Assembly (NCBI GenBank): GCA_977017575.1
Contig: CDRNVI010000042.1
Coordinates: 1 to 64,000, forward strand
DNA from: Paramoeba atlantica
Lineage: Eukaryota > Protista > Discosea
DNA: 64,000 bases
Direction: 5' to 3'
Below are positions 48,170-59,143 of the stretch, piece by piece. Under the pieces are notes generated by a model. That model made no database searches. It saw nothing but the letters and a program-made list of their open reading frames with translations, and was not told where the DNA came from. The translations under genes and the position numbers were made by a program. Position 1 is the first letter of the stretch, and each line of letters begins with the position of its first letter.

Positions 48170-48992
48170 GATCATTGGGCACGTTGGAAAAACATTCGAT
48201 TATGTGTGGACAATACGAGTGTCAAATACGCGATTGCAAAGCAGTGGTCGGATTCATATAATATATCTACAGTTCTTATTCGAATTTTAAATTTCATCAA
48301 CATCCGAGGAATAAAAATAGCGACACACTATGTTGAAACGAATTAGCTGACCCTTGGAGCAGGAACCGCTACGGAACTTGGCGAAAGGACGGTATGGTTA
48401 TTGTGTCCAAGGGAGACTGGCGACGGGGAGGGTGCAGACTTCCCAGTCGTTAGTTCATGGTGTTTTTAGTTTAGACAGCGCGCATCATACTCGATGATTA
48501 TGAAGATATTTTTGAAATCTATTGTAATAGCAACAAAGATCACTATCAGATTACAACGAAACATTAAATGATTGAGATACAGTTTATTTCAATACAGTTT
48601 ACTACCTTTTTTCTATGGCGAAAAAATTATGAAAGCATGCGAAAGTAATTTTGAAGACCATTGTATCGAATGAGAAAATGTACATAGAAGGTTATTTTGG
48701 AGACAGTCATAATTTGAAAATTCAATTGATTGACATTGGCCTTTTTTCACTACTCATAGTTTAAAATTTTTCCCCACCCGCCTCCCCACACCGTGTGTAG
48801 ACTTCCCAGTCGTTAGTTCATGGTGTTTTTAGTTTAGACAGCGCGCATCATACTCGATGATTATGAAGATATTTTTGAAATCTATTGTAATAGCAACAAA
48901 GATCACTATCAGATTACAACGAAACATTAAATGATTGAGATACAGTTTATTTCAATACAGTTTACTACCTTTTTTCTATGGCGAAAAAATTA
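48170..48992 (+). mobile_element. 3' end of a divergent YR element: RNase H tail, B1-A2-spacer-B2
   Basis: LCVDNTSV...HYVET; B 48436-48629 = 48799-48992 (194 bp); spacer 48772-48792; both B copies end in TTA. Confidence 0.82.
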
Positions 48993-49311
48993 GATTCGCA
49001 ATGTCTGCCCAAAGAAGTAAAAGGATGGTGGGAGTTAGATGGCTCCGCAAAGAAATGTATGGCTCAAACTTTCCCATCTTTATTCGACAGGGGTTCCGCA
49101 TTCCAGGCTCCTTAAACATACAAATCATATAATTCTTCCCCGGTACGGACGCCATCTTTTCCGTTCCATGCTTTCGGCACGATGGCGGAGTCAAAAAACT
49201 ATGGCAGCTCATCCAGCTTTCGGCATCCGCGCCAAGAGGAATGTCTTGCATACTGCGCCAACGCTTGACACAGTTAAAAGCAGTGCATCTGTTACAAAGC
49301 CTTTTCAAGCT

Positions 49312-50017
49312 CTAAAACCCTTTTCAGCTCGGCTTTCGTTTGCCACAACATGGAACAGATGAATAACATTACTGAGGCGAGACAAGGAAGAAGCCAGACG
49401 ACTGCCCACACTGAGAGTGAAGTACTCCCGTTGAGTGCCCGCGCCACGTACCAGCAGCAGTGTCTCTCTTGGAAATCGTTTCGTCCGATTCATGTTGAGC
49501 AAGCGCTTAGTCTCGAGCGCCCTAAAACCCTTTTCAGCTCGGCTTTCGTTTGCCACAACATGGAACAGATGAATAACATTACTGAGGCGAGACAAGGAAG
49601 AAGCCAGACGGCTGCCCACACTGAGAGTGAAGTACTCCCGTTGAGTGCCCGCGCCACGTACCAGCAGCAGTGTCTCTCTTGGAAATCGTTCCGTCCGATT
49701 CATGTTGAGCAAGCGCTTAGTCTCGAGCGCCCTAAAACCCTTTTCAGCTCGGCTTTCGTTTGCCACAACATGGAACAGATGAATAACATTACTGAGGCGA
49801 GACAAGGAAGAAGCCAGACGACTGCCCACACTGAGAGTGAAGTACTCCCGTTGAGTGCCCGCGCCACGTACCAGCAGCAGTGTCTCTCTTGGAAATCGTT
49901 CCGTCCGATTCATGTTGAGCAAGCGCTTAGTCTCGAGCACTCTAAAACCCTTTTCAGCTCGGCTTTCGTTTGCCACAACATGGAACAGATGAACAACATC
50001 ACTGAGGCGAGACAAGG
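49312..50017. repeat. 210-bp tandem repeat, about 3.4 units, open in one frame on each strand
   Basis: Unit starts CTAAAACCC at 49312, 49522, 49732 and 49942. Confidence 0.95.
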
Positions 50018-50245
50018 AATGAGATATTCGGCGAAAATAGTACGAGAGACAAACACGCAGCACGGTGGAATGGAAGAAAAGAAATCGCATTAAGATGCGC
50101 AACAAAGGTGAAGGAGGCTGCAAAAACAGTCTCTAGTTTTTGTAGGGAACGTGAGTTCTGAATTATATATATTTCTTATATTAATTATAAGATATTTCTA
50201 CAAAGCGGGCGCAACGGCACATCACGCCATAAAGTTGGGTTGAGG

Positions 50246-51025
50246 TAACGATAAAGATACAGTTTCTGTACCTTGTTGATTTGTTTTTTTTAATATTATT
50301 AACCCCCCGTTATGGGCATGTTCACCCGCAGTAGGGCGAAGGACACTGGAGTAGCTCCAGAGGTCCTACCGCTGCCACCTTCCCGGCGAAAGAAGAGAGT
50401 ACCCGAGGAGCGACCTCCGCCGCCACCGCTTCCGCCACCGCCGCCGCCACCACCACCACCAACACTCCAGCCGCCGCTCGCGCATTCGCCGCCCTCGCCC
50501 GCTCCACCGCCATCTCCTCCACATACGCCTCATCGGTCGCCACCTCCAGCGTTGCCGCTGCCGATGTCTCCGCCAAAGAAGCAAACACCAGAGGAACCGC
50601 AGCCGGTGCCGCCCTCGCCGCCAGCCCAAACGCCGCGGCGCTCTCATAAGCCGTCTCCGGTGTCAAGTCATCCGCAGTCGCCGCCACAGCAGTTGGAGTC
50701 AGCACCACCTTCGCCGTTACCATCACACGCGTCGCTGCGACCTTCTCTGCCGAATCATCCGCAGTCGGTACGTTCGCCGCTACCATCGAACACGTCAGCG
50801 CGGTTGTTTGCGACCCCAATTCATTCGCAATCGCCGTTACCACAGGCACGGTCGGCACCATTGCCTCTGACATCGCACGTGCGATCGTCTCCGATGCCAC
50901 ATCATCCGCAATCGCCGCCACCTTCGCCACCGCAGCCACCTTCGCCACCGCAGCCACCTTCGCCACCGCTGCCGCAGTCGCAGTCGGTACCGTCTTCACT
51001 TCCACCATCTCATGGTGTACGATGA
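50246..51025 (+). CDS. SL (50246-50278) followed by a Pro-rich ORF (50312-51025)
   Basis: 33 nt of SL, ATG 34 nt downstream; N-terminus homologous to the ORF starting at 25654 on the minus strand. Confidence 0.7.
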
Positions 51026-51124
51026 CCATCTCATGGTGTACAACTTTCCGTGAGACTCATCGAAAGTCTACAACTTACGATGAGTACTCATCGAAGGTCC
51101 CCCCTAGCCATTTTTTCTACTTAC

Positions 51125-51389
51125 GTTTCAAAAGTTTTTGTGCCCGCCCACCGAGCCCCCAGCCATTTGGTCGAGGGTTCCGGTGGGGGGAACCCCGTTA
51201 ACAGAGTGACAGTGACATATATGTTTGCAGGCCTAAAATTGTCGTGAGAACATATTATTTACAGTTTAATGTTGATGTTATGTTTTGAGATTGGGAAATA
51301 GGGCTTGTGAGCAATCAGATACATTTTAGTTGTTTCTTTGTTTACTATTCGATACATGTTATTTTTTATGCCCCGCGGCGTGGATTTCC
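51125..51389 (+). mobile_element. YR A-end/spacer/B2, sister of family 2
   Basis: CCCGCCCACCGAGCCCCCAGCCATTTGG..GGGTTCCGGTGGGGGGAACCCCG; ends CGGCGTGGATTTC. Confidence 0.8.
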
Positions 51390-52085
51390 GGGTATAAACG
51401 CCACGACGAAACATAACGCCCTGGTCAAGTATATTTTCGATTTATGCGGAAAGGCGGGCATTCCCTGCGAGAGGGAACCTAGAGCGTTCAGCACATGGCG
51501 ATGCGGTGAGTGTGGTACACAGGTTCCTCCGGAAAACAAAGCGATCCATGAAAAAACTTGCAAAGGAAGGCAATATTATCGTTCGGGGCTTGATCTGGTG
51601 GTATTCTGGAACACGGGCGAAATTTTCTATGACCTATCGGTAGTCCATGAATTATCATCATCCAACCAAAACAAGACTTGCACGAAACTTCTGCAAGATG
51701 TCATCGCACGCAAGAATGAAACGTACGTCGCCACTGGAATGATTCCTGATTACGCCTTTCAGTGTCTACCTGTGCTTTCTTGCGGATCTCTTCACCAAAA
51801 CACGAGGTTCGTACTTCACGCGTTGGCGAATTCGACAGCGATGTTGAAGCGATGTTGAACACATGTCTTGGCAAAATGTCAGATAAACACATCGCTTGGT
51901 GCCGGTTGCCGCTGAAGAAAGGTGGGCTCGGCCTGCCATCATCTACTGACTCTCGTACGTCCGCGTACAACTCTTCTAAACGCGTTTTTCTTGAGCAATG
52001 TAAACCAAAATCAGCTCGACTAACGTGCGACGAAGGTATAGCGCAGGACAGCGAATCAGTAAATGATGGCCCCGCAACGGAGGAC
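51390..52085 (+). pseudogene. Two joined CRE lineage B fragments
   Basis: INATTKHNALV...RSGLDL to about 51830, then sequence nearly identical to about 32540-32790. Confidence 0.82.
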
Positions 52086-52782
52086 ATGTTGTTGTTGTTG
52101 TTTAACCCGTTTGGCCATGACTGGCTATGGGTTCAGAGTACACCCTAGTTATTTAGTGCTCGTGTGAAACGGCACCGGGTATTGTATTGTATTGTATTCA
52201 GGTAAAAACCCCGTAGACGGGGTGTTGCCTCCTCGGAGAGAGCCGAAGGTAGCTCCGACCCGCACGACCCGTGCGCAGACCTAAAAGGATTGCAGCACAG
52301 AGCCGATGCAAGCCGATCCAGCTAACGCGCAGACTGAAAGTCCGCTGCGGGAAGCTGGATTAGCTAGGAGGGTGGGGTTCGCCACACCCCGGCACTGCCA
52401 AAAGCAGTGCTCCTTGACCCCTTGCCTTCTTGCTGGCAACCAAACCAACCAACCATCACTGGGATAATAAATTAATATGTCCCAGTTGAAAGTTTCACAA
52501 ATTTCTCCTACCATAAAACACTTTGGCGGTGTCCACAAAACTAACATATTCACCAGAAGCTTTTCAAAAACATCTTGCAACAACTTCCATGTATCCTAAT
52601 CATTCGAGGTGGATGACGTTCCAGTACTTAGTCAAAGAATTGTGATATGAAATCGACTTTTCATTTTCAGCACAAACGGTTTACCTAATAAAATATTTTC
52701 ACGAGAAACAACAGCATATCACCTTATCACACTATCCCTCACCTGTTCAGAAAATGCGATCAAGGGGGGTATGAGGGGGGTA

Positions 52783-55700
52783 TCATTTCTTTGGTGTTCG
52801 TAATGCGTTGTTAGTGCGCGATCTATCGTCTTTCCACTGACGCTTTTCTGTCTTTTTGACGCAGTTCTCTCTTGTACTGAGTGTTTTTTGACGTGACCCC
52901 TTTGTGTCCAGACTTTCATAGCTTGGCTCATCATTCTCCTGGTATAACTGATTACTCCTCTTTCTTTGCGGAGCTCTAAATTTAACCCGATCACTAATAA
53001 CAATACGTGCTATATGAGGCAACTGTTGCTTTGACTCAATGTCTTTTAGCCTTTTTGTGTTGTTGGAGTGTACGCGTTCTTGTGATCTTGTGCGTTTCGT
53101 TTCCGTTTCTATCTCTGTACGTTTGCCTTTGCTAACTGTCCTACTTTTTGGCAATATTTTTACGTGCTCACCATGGGCGCATATTTGGCTAGAGGTTACC
53201 GATTTAAGTTTGCGCTGCATTTTGCTGCCATTAGAATCACCATTGGTATGGTTTTTGCGCTTGTCTTCTGCATGAGGAATCTCGCCGTAGAATCTCAAAG
53301 CCTTTTCTCCCTTGCTTATTTTACTTGCTTGTTTAGCCACCCAGTCTGCCATATAATTATGTGGATTTTCGTTATGCGCTTTAACTTTTACGCAGTAGAA
53401 GCGCTTTGTCCCTCTTAGCGAAATATATGTTTCTTGCAATTTCTGAAGTATAGCGCCTCCCTCAAACGATTTAAATCCTATGAATCTGAACCTATGGATA
53501 GCTCCATGAAAGAAATCCCAAACATACTCAGAGTCCGTGTGCAAAATGACATCTCCGTCGTAGGACAATGCGATGAGAAGAGCCTCGTGCGCGGCAAAGG
53601 ATTCGATTTCCTGAATAGATTGAGAGAATTCATGAGGAGGTTTTAACCCAAGAGATATAGAGGGCTGGCGGCGGCGTAGGCAGACTACCCCACAACCTGT
53701 GTGAGTTTCATCCTTTTTAACGATTCGTGCTCCATCTGTATAAATGTGTGTTTCATTTGGCCCGATTGGAAATGGTTGCCGCCCTTCTTCAATGTATTGT
53801 AGAGTTTCGTAGCACCCCTTGTTTACCCCCTTTACCAAAAGATTTTCCCATAGTTTTGAAGTTGTTTTAGTGTACGATGGCCTGGGTTCAAGCTGATTTT
53901 GAAGATTTTCAAGTTTCTTGCACCATTGAGACCGATTTTGACCAAGTTTTAGAATCTCAGATACGTCAGAATGTAACTCTTTTGCACATCTTTCTGATAG
54001 CGAGGGCTTGGAACTCTCATCATTCGTTCTCCATAGTACGGCAGTTACGAATGGAGTAGGGTGACGAATAAGGTGGCCTACTAGCGAGGCACGTTGTAAT
54101 TGTATCACAGTATTGGGCTTTAGGTCAGTGGGGTAAAGAGAGTCTACTCTGCAATGCGCCTCTTTCGAGCACTTGACTCCCAATACGACCCTCCTCATTC
54201 TGTTCATTTGGACTTCCACTTCATGTAGCTCTTTCTGATTTAAATTCCAAGTCCCTGGATTATAATAGACCACTGATTGAACGAGAGACTTAAAGATGTG
54301 TAATTTGCTTTTTGGTGATATAGTAGCACTCCATATGGCTTTGAGTTTGTGCATTATTGCCCAACCTAATCGTACACGTTCTTGTGAGTTTGAGCTGCGA
54401 TCCTCCTCGTTCTGAGTGCTACCCAAGTAGCGATAAGATATAACTTTTGGTATATCGCCGAGTGTCGCTACTTGCAAAGGTCTTCCATCATCCTTAACTT
54501 TACCTAGTGTCATCCATGCCGTTTTGTTTGGTCCGACATTTATTTTCAAATTAGCTTTTTCTGCGGAAGTTTTAAGTTTGTGCAACATTGTGCTTAGCTC
54601 CTCCTTGGATTCGGAGAAGAGAACTATATCATCAGCATAATTTATATCAGATACACGCAGTTCCTTTAGGCCTCTGCTCCTAGTTCCTGAGCTATGTGTC
54701 ACAAGCCCTAAGCGATTTATGTCGATAGATTCAACCAAAATACGATCAAGAACCATAATAAACAGGTATGGGGCCAGAACGTCACCTTGAAGAGTCCCCT
54801 GTAAAAGTGGAAATGAGTCTGTATTACCGTATGGTGTTTTCACGTGCGATTTGAGATTTTGATAAATACACATGATCGTAGAACTGAGATTTTCGGGAAT
54901 ATCGAAAGCACGTAATGTCTCTTTTATCGCAGCGAATGATAATGAAGGAAAGGCTTGTTGGAAGTCGACGAAACAGACGAACACCCCAGCCCCTCGGCGC
55001 GATTTTTCCATTATTTCTAAAAACGTTGCCTGAGCGCCAGCTGTTGAGCGGTTAGGTCGAAAGCCGAATTGATTCCCGCGAAGCGAACTTTCCACTGCTG
55101 GTTGTATTCTGTCTAAAATGATTCGATTCAAAATCTTCACTACATGATTCACAAGACAGATTGGTCTCCAATTTGTGAGTGAGCGCAAGTTACCTTTCTT
55201 TGGCAATGGGACCTGCAATATCGATTTCCAAGATTCATCCGCTTTTCCGGTTTTTCGTACTTCGTTCATTATATCCAGGAGAGCATTACGCAAATCTTGA
55301 TCAGCTGAAATAGCACGTAGAGCTTCAACCGGGATATTATCATCGCCTGTAGCTTTTCCTGACTTAATCTTTACCATCGCAGCAGTTAGTTCCTCCACTC
55401 GAAATTCACCATCATCAATTTTTGCCAGTCGTTTTGGTGCAGTAGGTAAATTTATTGCTTCATGACCTTTGTAAGTACTACCCCCTACCATGCTGAAATG
55501 ATTCTTCACTATATTAAGGCTGCTGTTTACCGTAGTTGAAAATAGCGGAAAATCTTGCTTCTTGTCCCCTACAATTTTTCGAATTGTTCTGTACGCGGAT
55601 TTTGGAGTTGATTTAAGCTCTTTTTCCAGGGCGTCGCACTCATTTATAATAGAGGAGTCGAGCTTTTCAGAGAATTCTTTTGATGCAGTAGCAAACATAG

Positions 55701-57252
55701 TTTTATTGCCCACGATCTTCAGCAGAGACTTCATGTCAAATTCGGATAGATCTGTTTCAGCATCAATGCGAATTTCTTTTGCGTTACTAGTTTTCTTGGG
55801 CAGACTAGATGCGGACACTCTAACAGCAGAAGAGAGTCTTGTCCAAGATATTTCTCTGGCCTTATCTATTTCCATTTTTGGCGCGTTTTCGGACTTCTCA
55901 TCCTCCGACCGAATTCTTTTTGGCACAGATTTCAATGATTCCTTTACTTTCGAAACAAACTTATTTCGGATTTCATCATTTTTCAATGCCTCCCAAAAAG
56001 GCTTTTGTTGAGATAGTTTTTGATTTTTCCATCGAAAATTGAAGTTCGATGTCAAAGCACAATGTCTGGTAGGTATGGGTGCGATGTGGCATTTCGTGGA
56101 TCGTATAGAAGAGAAAAACCTTTTGTTAACAACGATGTGGTCAAGTTGCTTGGTCATTCCCTCTGGATGCCGACGCGTTTTAGGAAACCTATACGTCCAT
56201 TTTCTTCTTGCACAACAGCCTTCATGTACAGATTGAGCTCCAAGCGAGCATAGTAGCTTTCGTAACTGTTTTGCACGCTTTGTATAACATTTTCTCCCCC
56301 CTGGGTTGAGTAGCGGCGAATTTAGATCTCCACTAATGATTCTTACCGTACTATCATCGTCATACCATGCATCGAATAAGTCTTCGTCAAAACTTTGTTG
56401 CGTCGATTTGTTAGCTTTCGCTGTAGGTGAATAGACGTTGTAAATGCAGGCTTTCGTTTCACCTAGAATGAAGTGTCCACTCATAATGCGATCGCTAATC
56501 TTCTGAACAGATAGAGGTTTAGTGCTCAAAAATGCCATGCCATTGTACCCGTTGATTGCACTCATCAGGTAGAGGTGAAGTGAGATGCCGTTTAAAAAGA
56601 GCTGCCTATGTAAAATAGAATCCTTATCATCAAATTTTAACCTTGTTTCCTGAAGCGCCATGAGGTCAACATGTTGACTCCTCATGAAACCTGCCACTTG
56701 ATATAGTCTAATCGACTTCCGAAGCGTGAAAGTATCAGTCGCTTTGACTTTCAAGGTGTCCACGTTTAGGGTACTTATCGTAAAACCCCCTCTCTTAGCA
56801 TTCTTCTCGGATCCCTGACCCCGGTAGCCACTTCGAGGACAGTTGGTGCGTTTCCTATTCCGTTTGGATTTCCATTTTCCCAAGAAACCTACCCTACCAC
56901 CCAGAATTTGAACTCGTTCATCTTTCGGAGGAAACAGGAAAAGGCGATCATCCACTAAATCATACTTCACTAGACGTCTACCGTCCGGAAGTATAGATTT
57001 AACAGTCCCCTCCCACAACCTCGTACGTAAATCATATGACATGCTCCAGGCAACAGCAAAGCGTTTTCCAGGAGAAAAAAGACATGACATTCGAAACAGG
57101 TCCCGCGGCCGGAGTTTCGCTACTCCCCATTTCCGCTTTTTAGGTAGAAACAGGTTTCCCCGACAACACGTGGCCAATCGGAGTTTTTCTTTGACCGCCA
57201 AGAAACCCCCAAAAGGTCCGGACGCCTCCGCCCAATTATTATTAATTGCCAT
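52783..57252 (-). CDS. LINE polyprotein: N-terminal beta-barrel-like module, AP endonuclease, RT, RNase HI
   Basis: 1489 aa; TLNV, LQETR, GDLNS, LDHI; GTLQGDVLAP, YADD; YTDG, HTDSEYV, KAH, NYMAD. Confidence 0.95.
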   Translation of the reverse strand: MAINNNWAEASGPFGGFLAVKEKLRLATCCRGNLFLPKKRKWGVAKLRPRDLFRMSCLFSPGKRFAVAWSMSYDLRTRLWEGTVKSILPDGRRLVKYDLVDDRLFLFPPKDERVQILGGRVGFLGKWKSKRNRKRTNCPRSGYRGQGSEKNAKRGGFTISTLNVDTLKVKATDTFTLRKSIRLYQVAGFMRSQHVDLMALQETRLKFDDKDSILHRQLFLNGISLHLYLMSAINGYNGMAFLSTKPLSVQKISDRIMSGHFILGETKACIYNVYSPTAKANKSTQQSFDEDLFDAWYDDDSTVRIISGDLNSPLLNPGGRKCYTKRAKQLRKLLCSLGAQSVHEGCCARRKWTYRFPKTRRHPEGMTKQLDHIVVNKRFFSSIRSTKCHIAPIPTRHCALTSNFNFRWKNQKLSQQKPFWEALKNDEIRNKFVSKVKESLKSVPKRIRSEDEKSENAPKMEIDKAREISWTRLSSAVRVSASSLPKKTSNAKEIRIDAETDLSEFDMKSLLKIVGNKTMFATASKEFSEKLDSSIINECDALEKELKSTPKSAYRTIRKIVGDKKQDFPLFSTTVNSSLNIVKNHFSMVGGSTYKGHEAINLPTAPKRLAKIDDGEFRVEELTAAMVKIKSGKATGDDNIPVEALRAISADQDLRNALLDIMNEVRKTGKADESWKSILQVPLPKKGNLRSLTNWRPICLVNHVVKILNRIILDRIQPAVESSLRGNQFGFRPNRSTAGAQATFLEIMEKSRRGAGVFVCFVDFQQAFPSLSFAAIKETLRAFDIPENLSSTIMCIYQNLKSHVKTPYGNTDSFPLLQGTLQGDVLAPYLFIMVLDRILVESIDINRLGLVTHSSGTRSRGLKELRVSDINYADDIVLFSESKEELSTMLHKLKTSAEKANLKINVGPNKTAWMTLGKVKDDGRPLQVATLGDIPKVISYRYLGSTQNEEDRSSNSQERVRLGWAIMHKLKAIWSATISPKSKLHIFKSLVQSVVYYNPGTWNLNQKELHEVEVQMNRMRRVVLGVKCSKEAHCRVDSLYPTDLKPNTVIQLQRASLVGHLIRHPTPFVTAVLWRTNDESSKPSLSERCAKELHSDVSEILKLGQNRSQWCKKLENLQNQLEPRPSYTKTTSKLWENLLVKGVNKGCYETLQYIEEGRQPFPIGPNETHIYTDGARIVKKDETHTGCGVVCLRRRQPSISLGLKPPHEFSQSIQEIESFAAHEALLIALSYDGDVILHTDSEYVWDFFHGAIHRFRFIGFKSFEGGAILQKLQETYISLRGTKRFYCVKVKAHNENPHNYMADWVAKQASKISKGEKALRFYGEIPHAEDKRKNHTNGDSNGSKMQRKLKSVTSSQICAHGEHVKILPKSRTVSKGKRTEIETETKRTRSQERVHSNNTKRLKDIESKQQLPHIARIVISDRVKFRAPQRKRSNQLYQENDEPSYESLDTKGSRQKTLSTRENCVKKTEKRQWKDDRSRTNNALRTPKK

Positions 57253-59143
57253 TAATAAAAATTGTTACCTTAATAAAAATTGTTACCTTAATAAAAATTG
57301 TTACCTTAATAAAAATTGTTACCTTAATAAAAATTGTTACCTTAATAAAAATTGTTACCTTAATAAAAATTGTTACCTTAATAAAAATTGTTACCTTAAT
57401 AAAAATTGTTACCTTAATAAAAATTGTTACCTTAATAAAAATTGTTACCTTAATAAAAATTGTTACCTTAATAAAAATTGTTACCTTAATAAAAATTGTT
57501 ACCTTAATAAAAATTGTTACCTTAATAAAAATTGTTACCTTAATAAAAATTGTTACCTTAATAAAAATTGTTACCTTAATAAAAATTGTTACCTTAAGAA
57601 AAATTGTTACCTTAATAAAAATTGTTACCTTAATAAAAATTGTTACCTTAATAAAAATTGTTACCTTAATAAAAATTGTTACCTTAATAAAAATTGTTAC
57701 CTTAATAAAAATTGTTACCTTAATAAAAATTGTTACCTTAATAAAAATTGTTACCTTAATAAAAATTGTTACCTTAATAAAAATTGTTACCTTAATAAAA
57801 ATTGTTACCTTAATAAAAATTGTTACCTTAATAAAAATTGTTACCTTAATAAAAATTGTTACCTTAATAAAAATTGTTACCTTAATAAAAATTGTTACCT
57901 TAATAAAATTGTTACCTTAATAAAAATTGTTACCTTAATAAAAATTGTTACCTTAATAAAAATTGTTACCTTAATAAAAATTGTTACCTTAATAAAAATT
58001 GTTACCTTAATAAAAATTGTTACCTTAATAAAAATTGTTACCTTAATAAAAATTGTTACCTTAATAAAAATTGTTACCTTAATAAAAATTGTTACCTTAA
58101 TAAAAATTGTTACCTTAATAAAAATTGTTACCTTAATAAAAATTGTTACCTTAATAAAAATTGTTACCTTAATAAAAATTGTTACCTTAATAAAAATTGT
58201 TACCTTAATAAAAATTGTTACCTTAATAAAAATTGTTACCTTAATAAAAATTGTTACCTTAATAAAAATTGTTACCTTAATAAAAATTGTTACCTTAATA
58301 AAAATTGTTACCTTAATAAAAATTGTTACCTTAATAAAAATTGTTACCTTAATAAAAATTGTTACCTTAATAAAAATTGTTACCTTAATAAAAATTGTTA
58401 CCTTAATAAAAATTGTTACCTTTATAAAAATTGTTACCTTAATAAAAATTGTTACCATTAATAAAAATTGTTACCTTAATAAAAATTGTTACCTTAATAA
58501 AAATTGTTACCTTAATAAAAATTGTTACCTTAATAAAAATTGTTACCTTAATAAAAATTGTTACCTTAATAAAAATTGTTACCTTAATAAAAATTGTTAC
58601 CTTAATAAAAATTGTTACCTTAATAAAAATTGTTACCTTAATAAAAATTGTTACCTTAATAAAAATTGTTACCTTAATAAAAATTGTTACCCTTAATAAA
58701 AATTGTTACCTTAATAAAAATTGTTACCTTAATAAAAATTGTTACCTTAATAAAAATTGTTACCTTAATAAAAATTGTTACCATTAATAAAAATTGTTAC
58801 CTTAATAAAAATTGTTACCTTAATAAAAATTGTTACCTTAATAAAAATTGTTACCTTAATAAAAATTGTTACCTTAATAAAAATTGTTACCTTAATAAAA
58901 ATTGTTACCTTAATAAAAATTGTTACCTTAATAAAAATTGTTACCTTAATAAAAATTGTTACCTTAATAAAAATTGTTACCTTAATAAAAATTGTTACCT
59001 TAATAAAAATTGTTACCTTAATAAAAATTGTTACCTTAATAAAAATTGTTACCTTAATAAAAATTGTTACCTTAATAAAAATTGTTACCTTAATAAAAAT
59101 TGTTACCTTAATAAAAATTGTTACCTTAATAAAAATTGTTACC
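57252..59143. repeat. 18-bp tandem array (TAATAAAAATTGTTACCT)n, about 105 copies, lying inside the TSD-bounded LINE
   Basis: Strict periodicity with rare CCAT variants near 57250, 58457 and 58783. Confidence 0.97.

Larger units (their letters stand above)
52439..59143 (-). mobile_element. Apparently full-length single-ORF APE-RT-RNase H LINE with a 16-bp target-site duplication
   Basis: TGCCTTCTTGCTGGCA at 52423-52438 and 59144-59159; 3' tail GGTTGGTTGGTTTGGT on the minus strand. Confidence 0.9.

Noticed and set aside
48447-48590. AACTAACG on the minus strand and GATACAGTTT on the plus strand resembling SL pieces
   Set aside because: They are short, on opposite strands, and inside the B repeat; the first is simply the hairpin arm.
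57252-59143. CRISPR array
   Set aside because: There are no spacers and no cas genes, and the context is eukaryotic.
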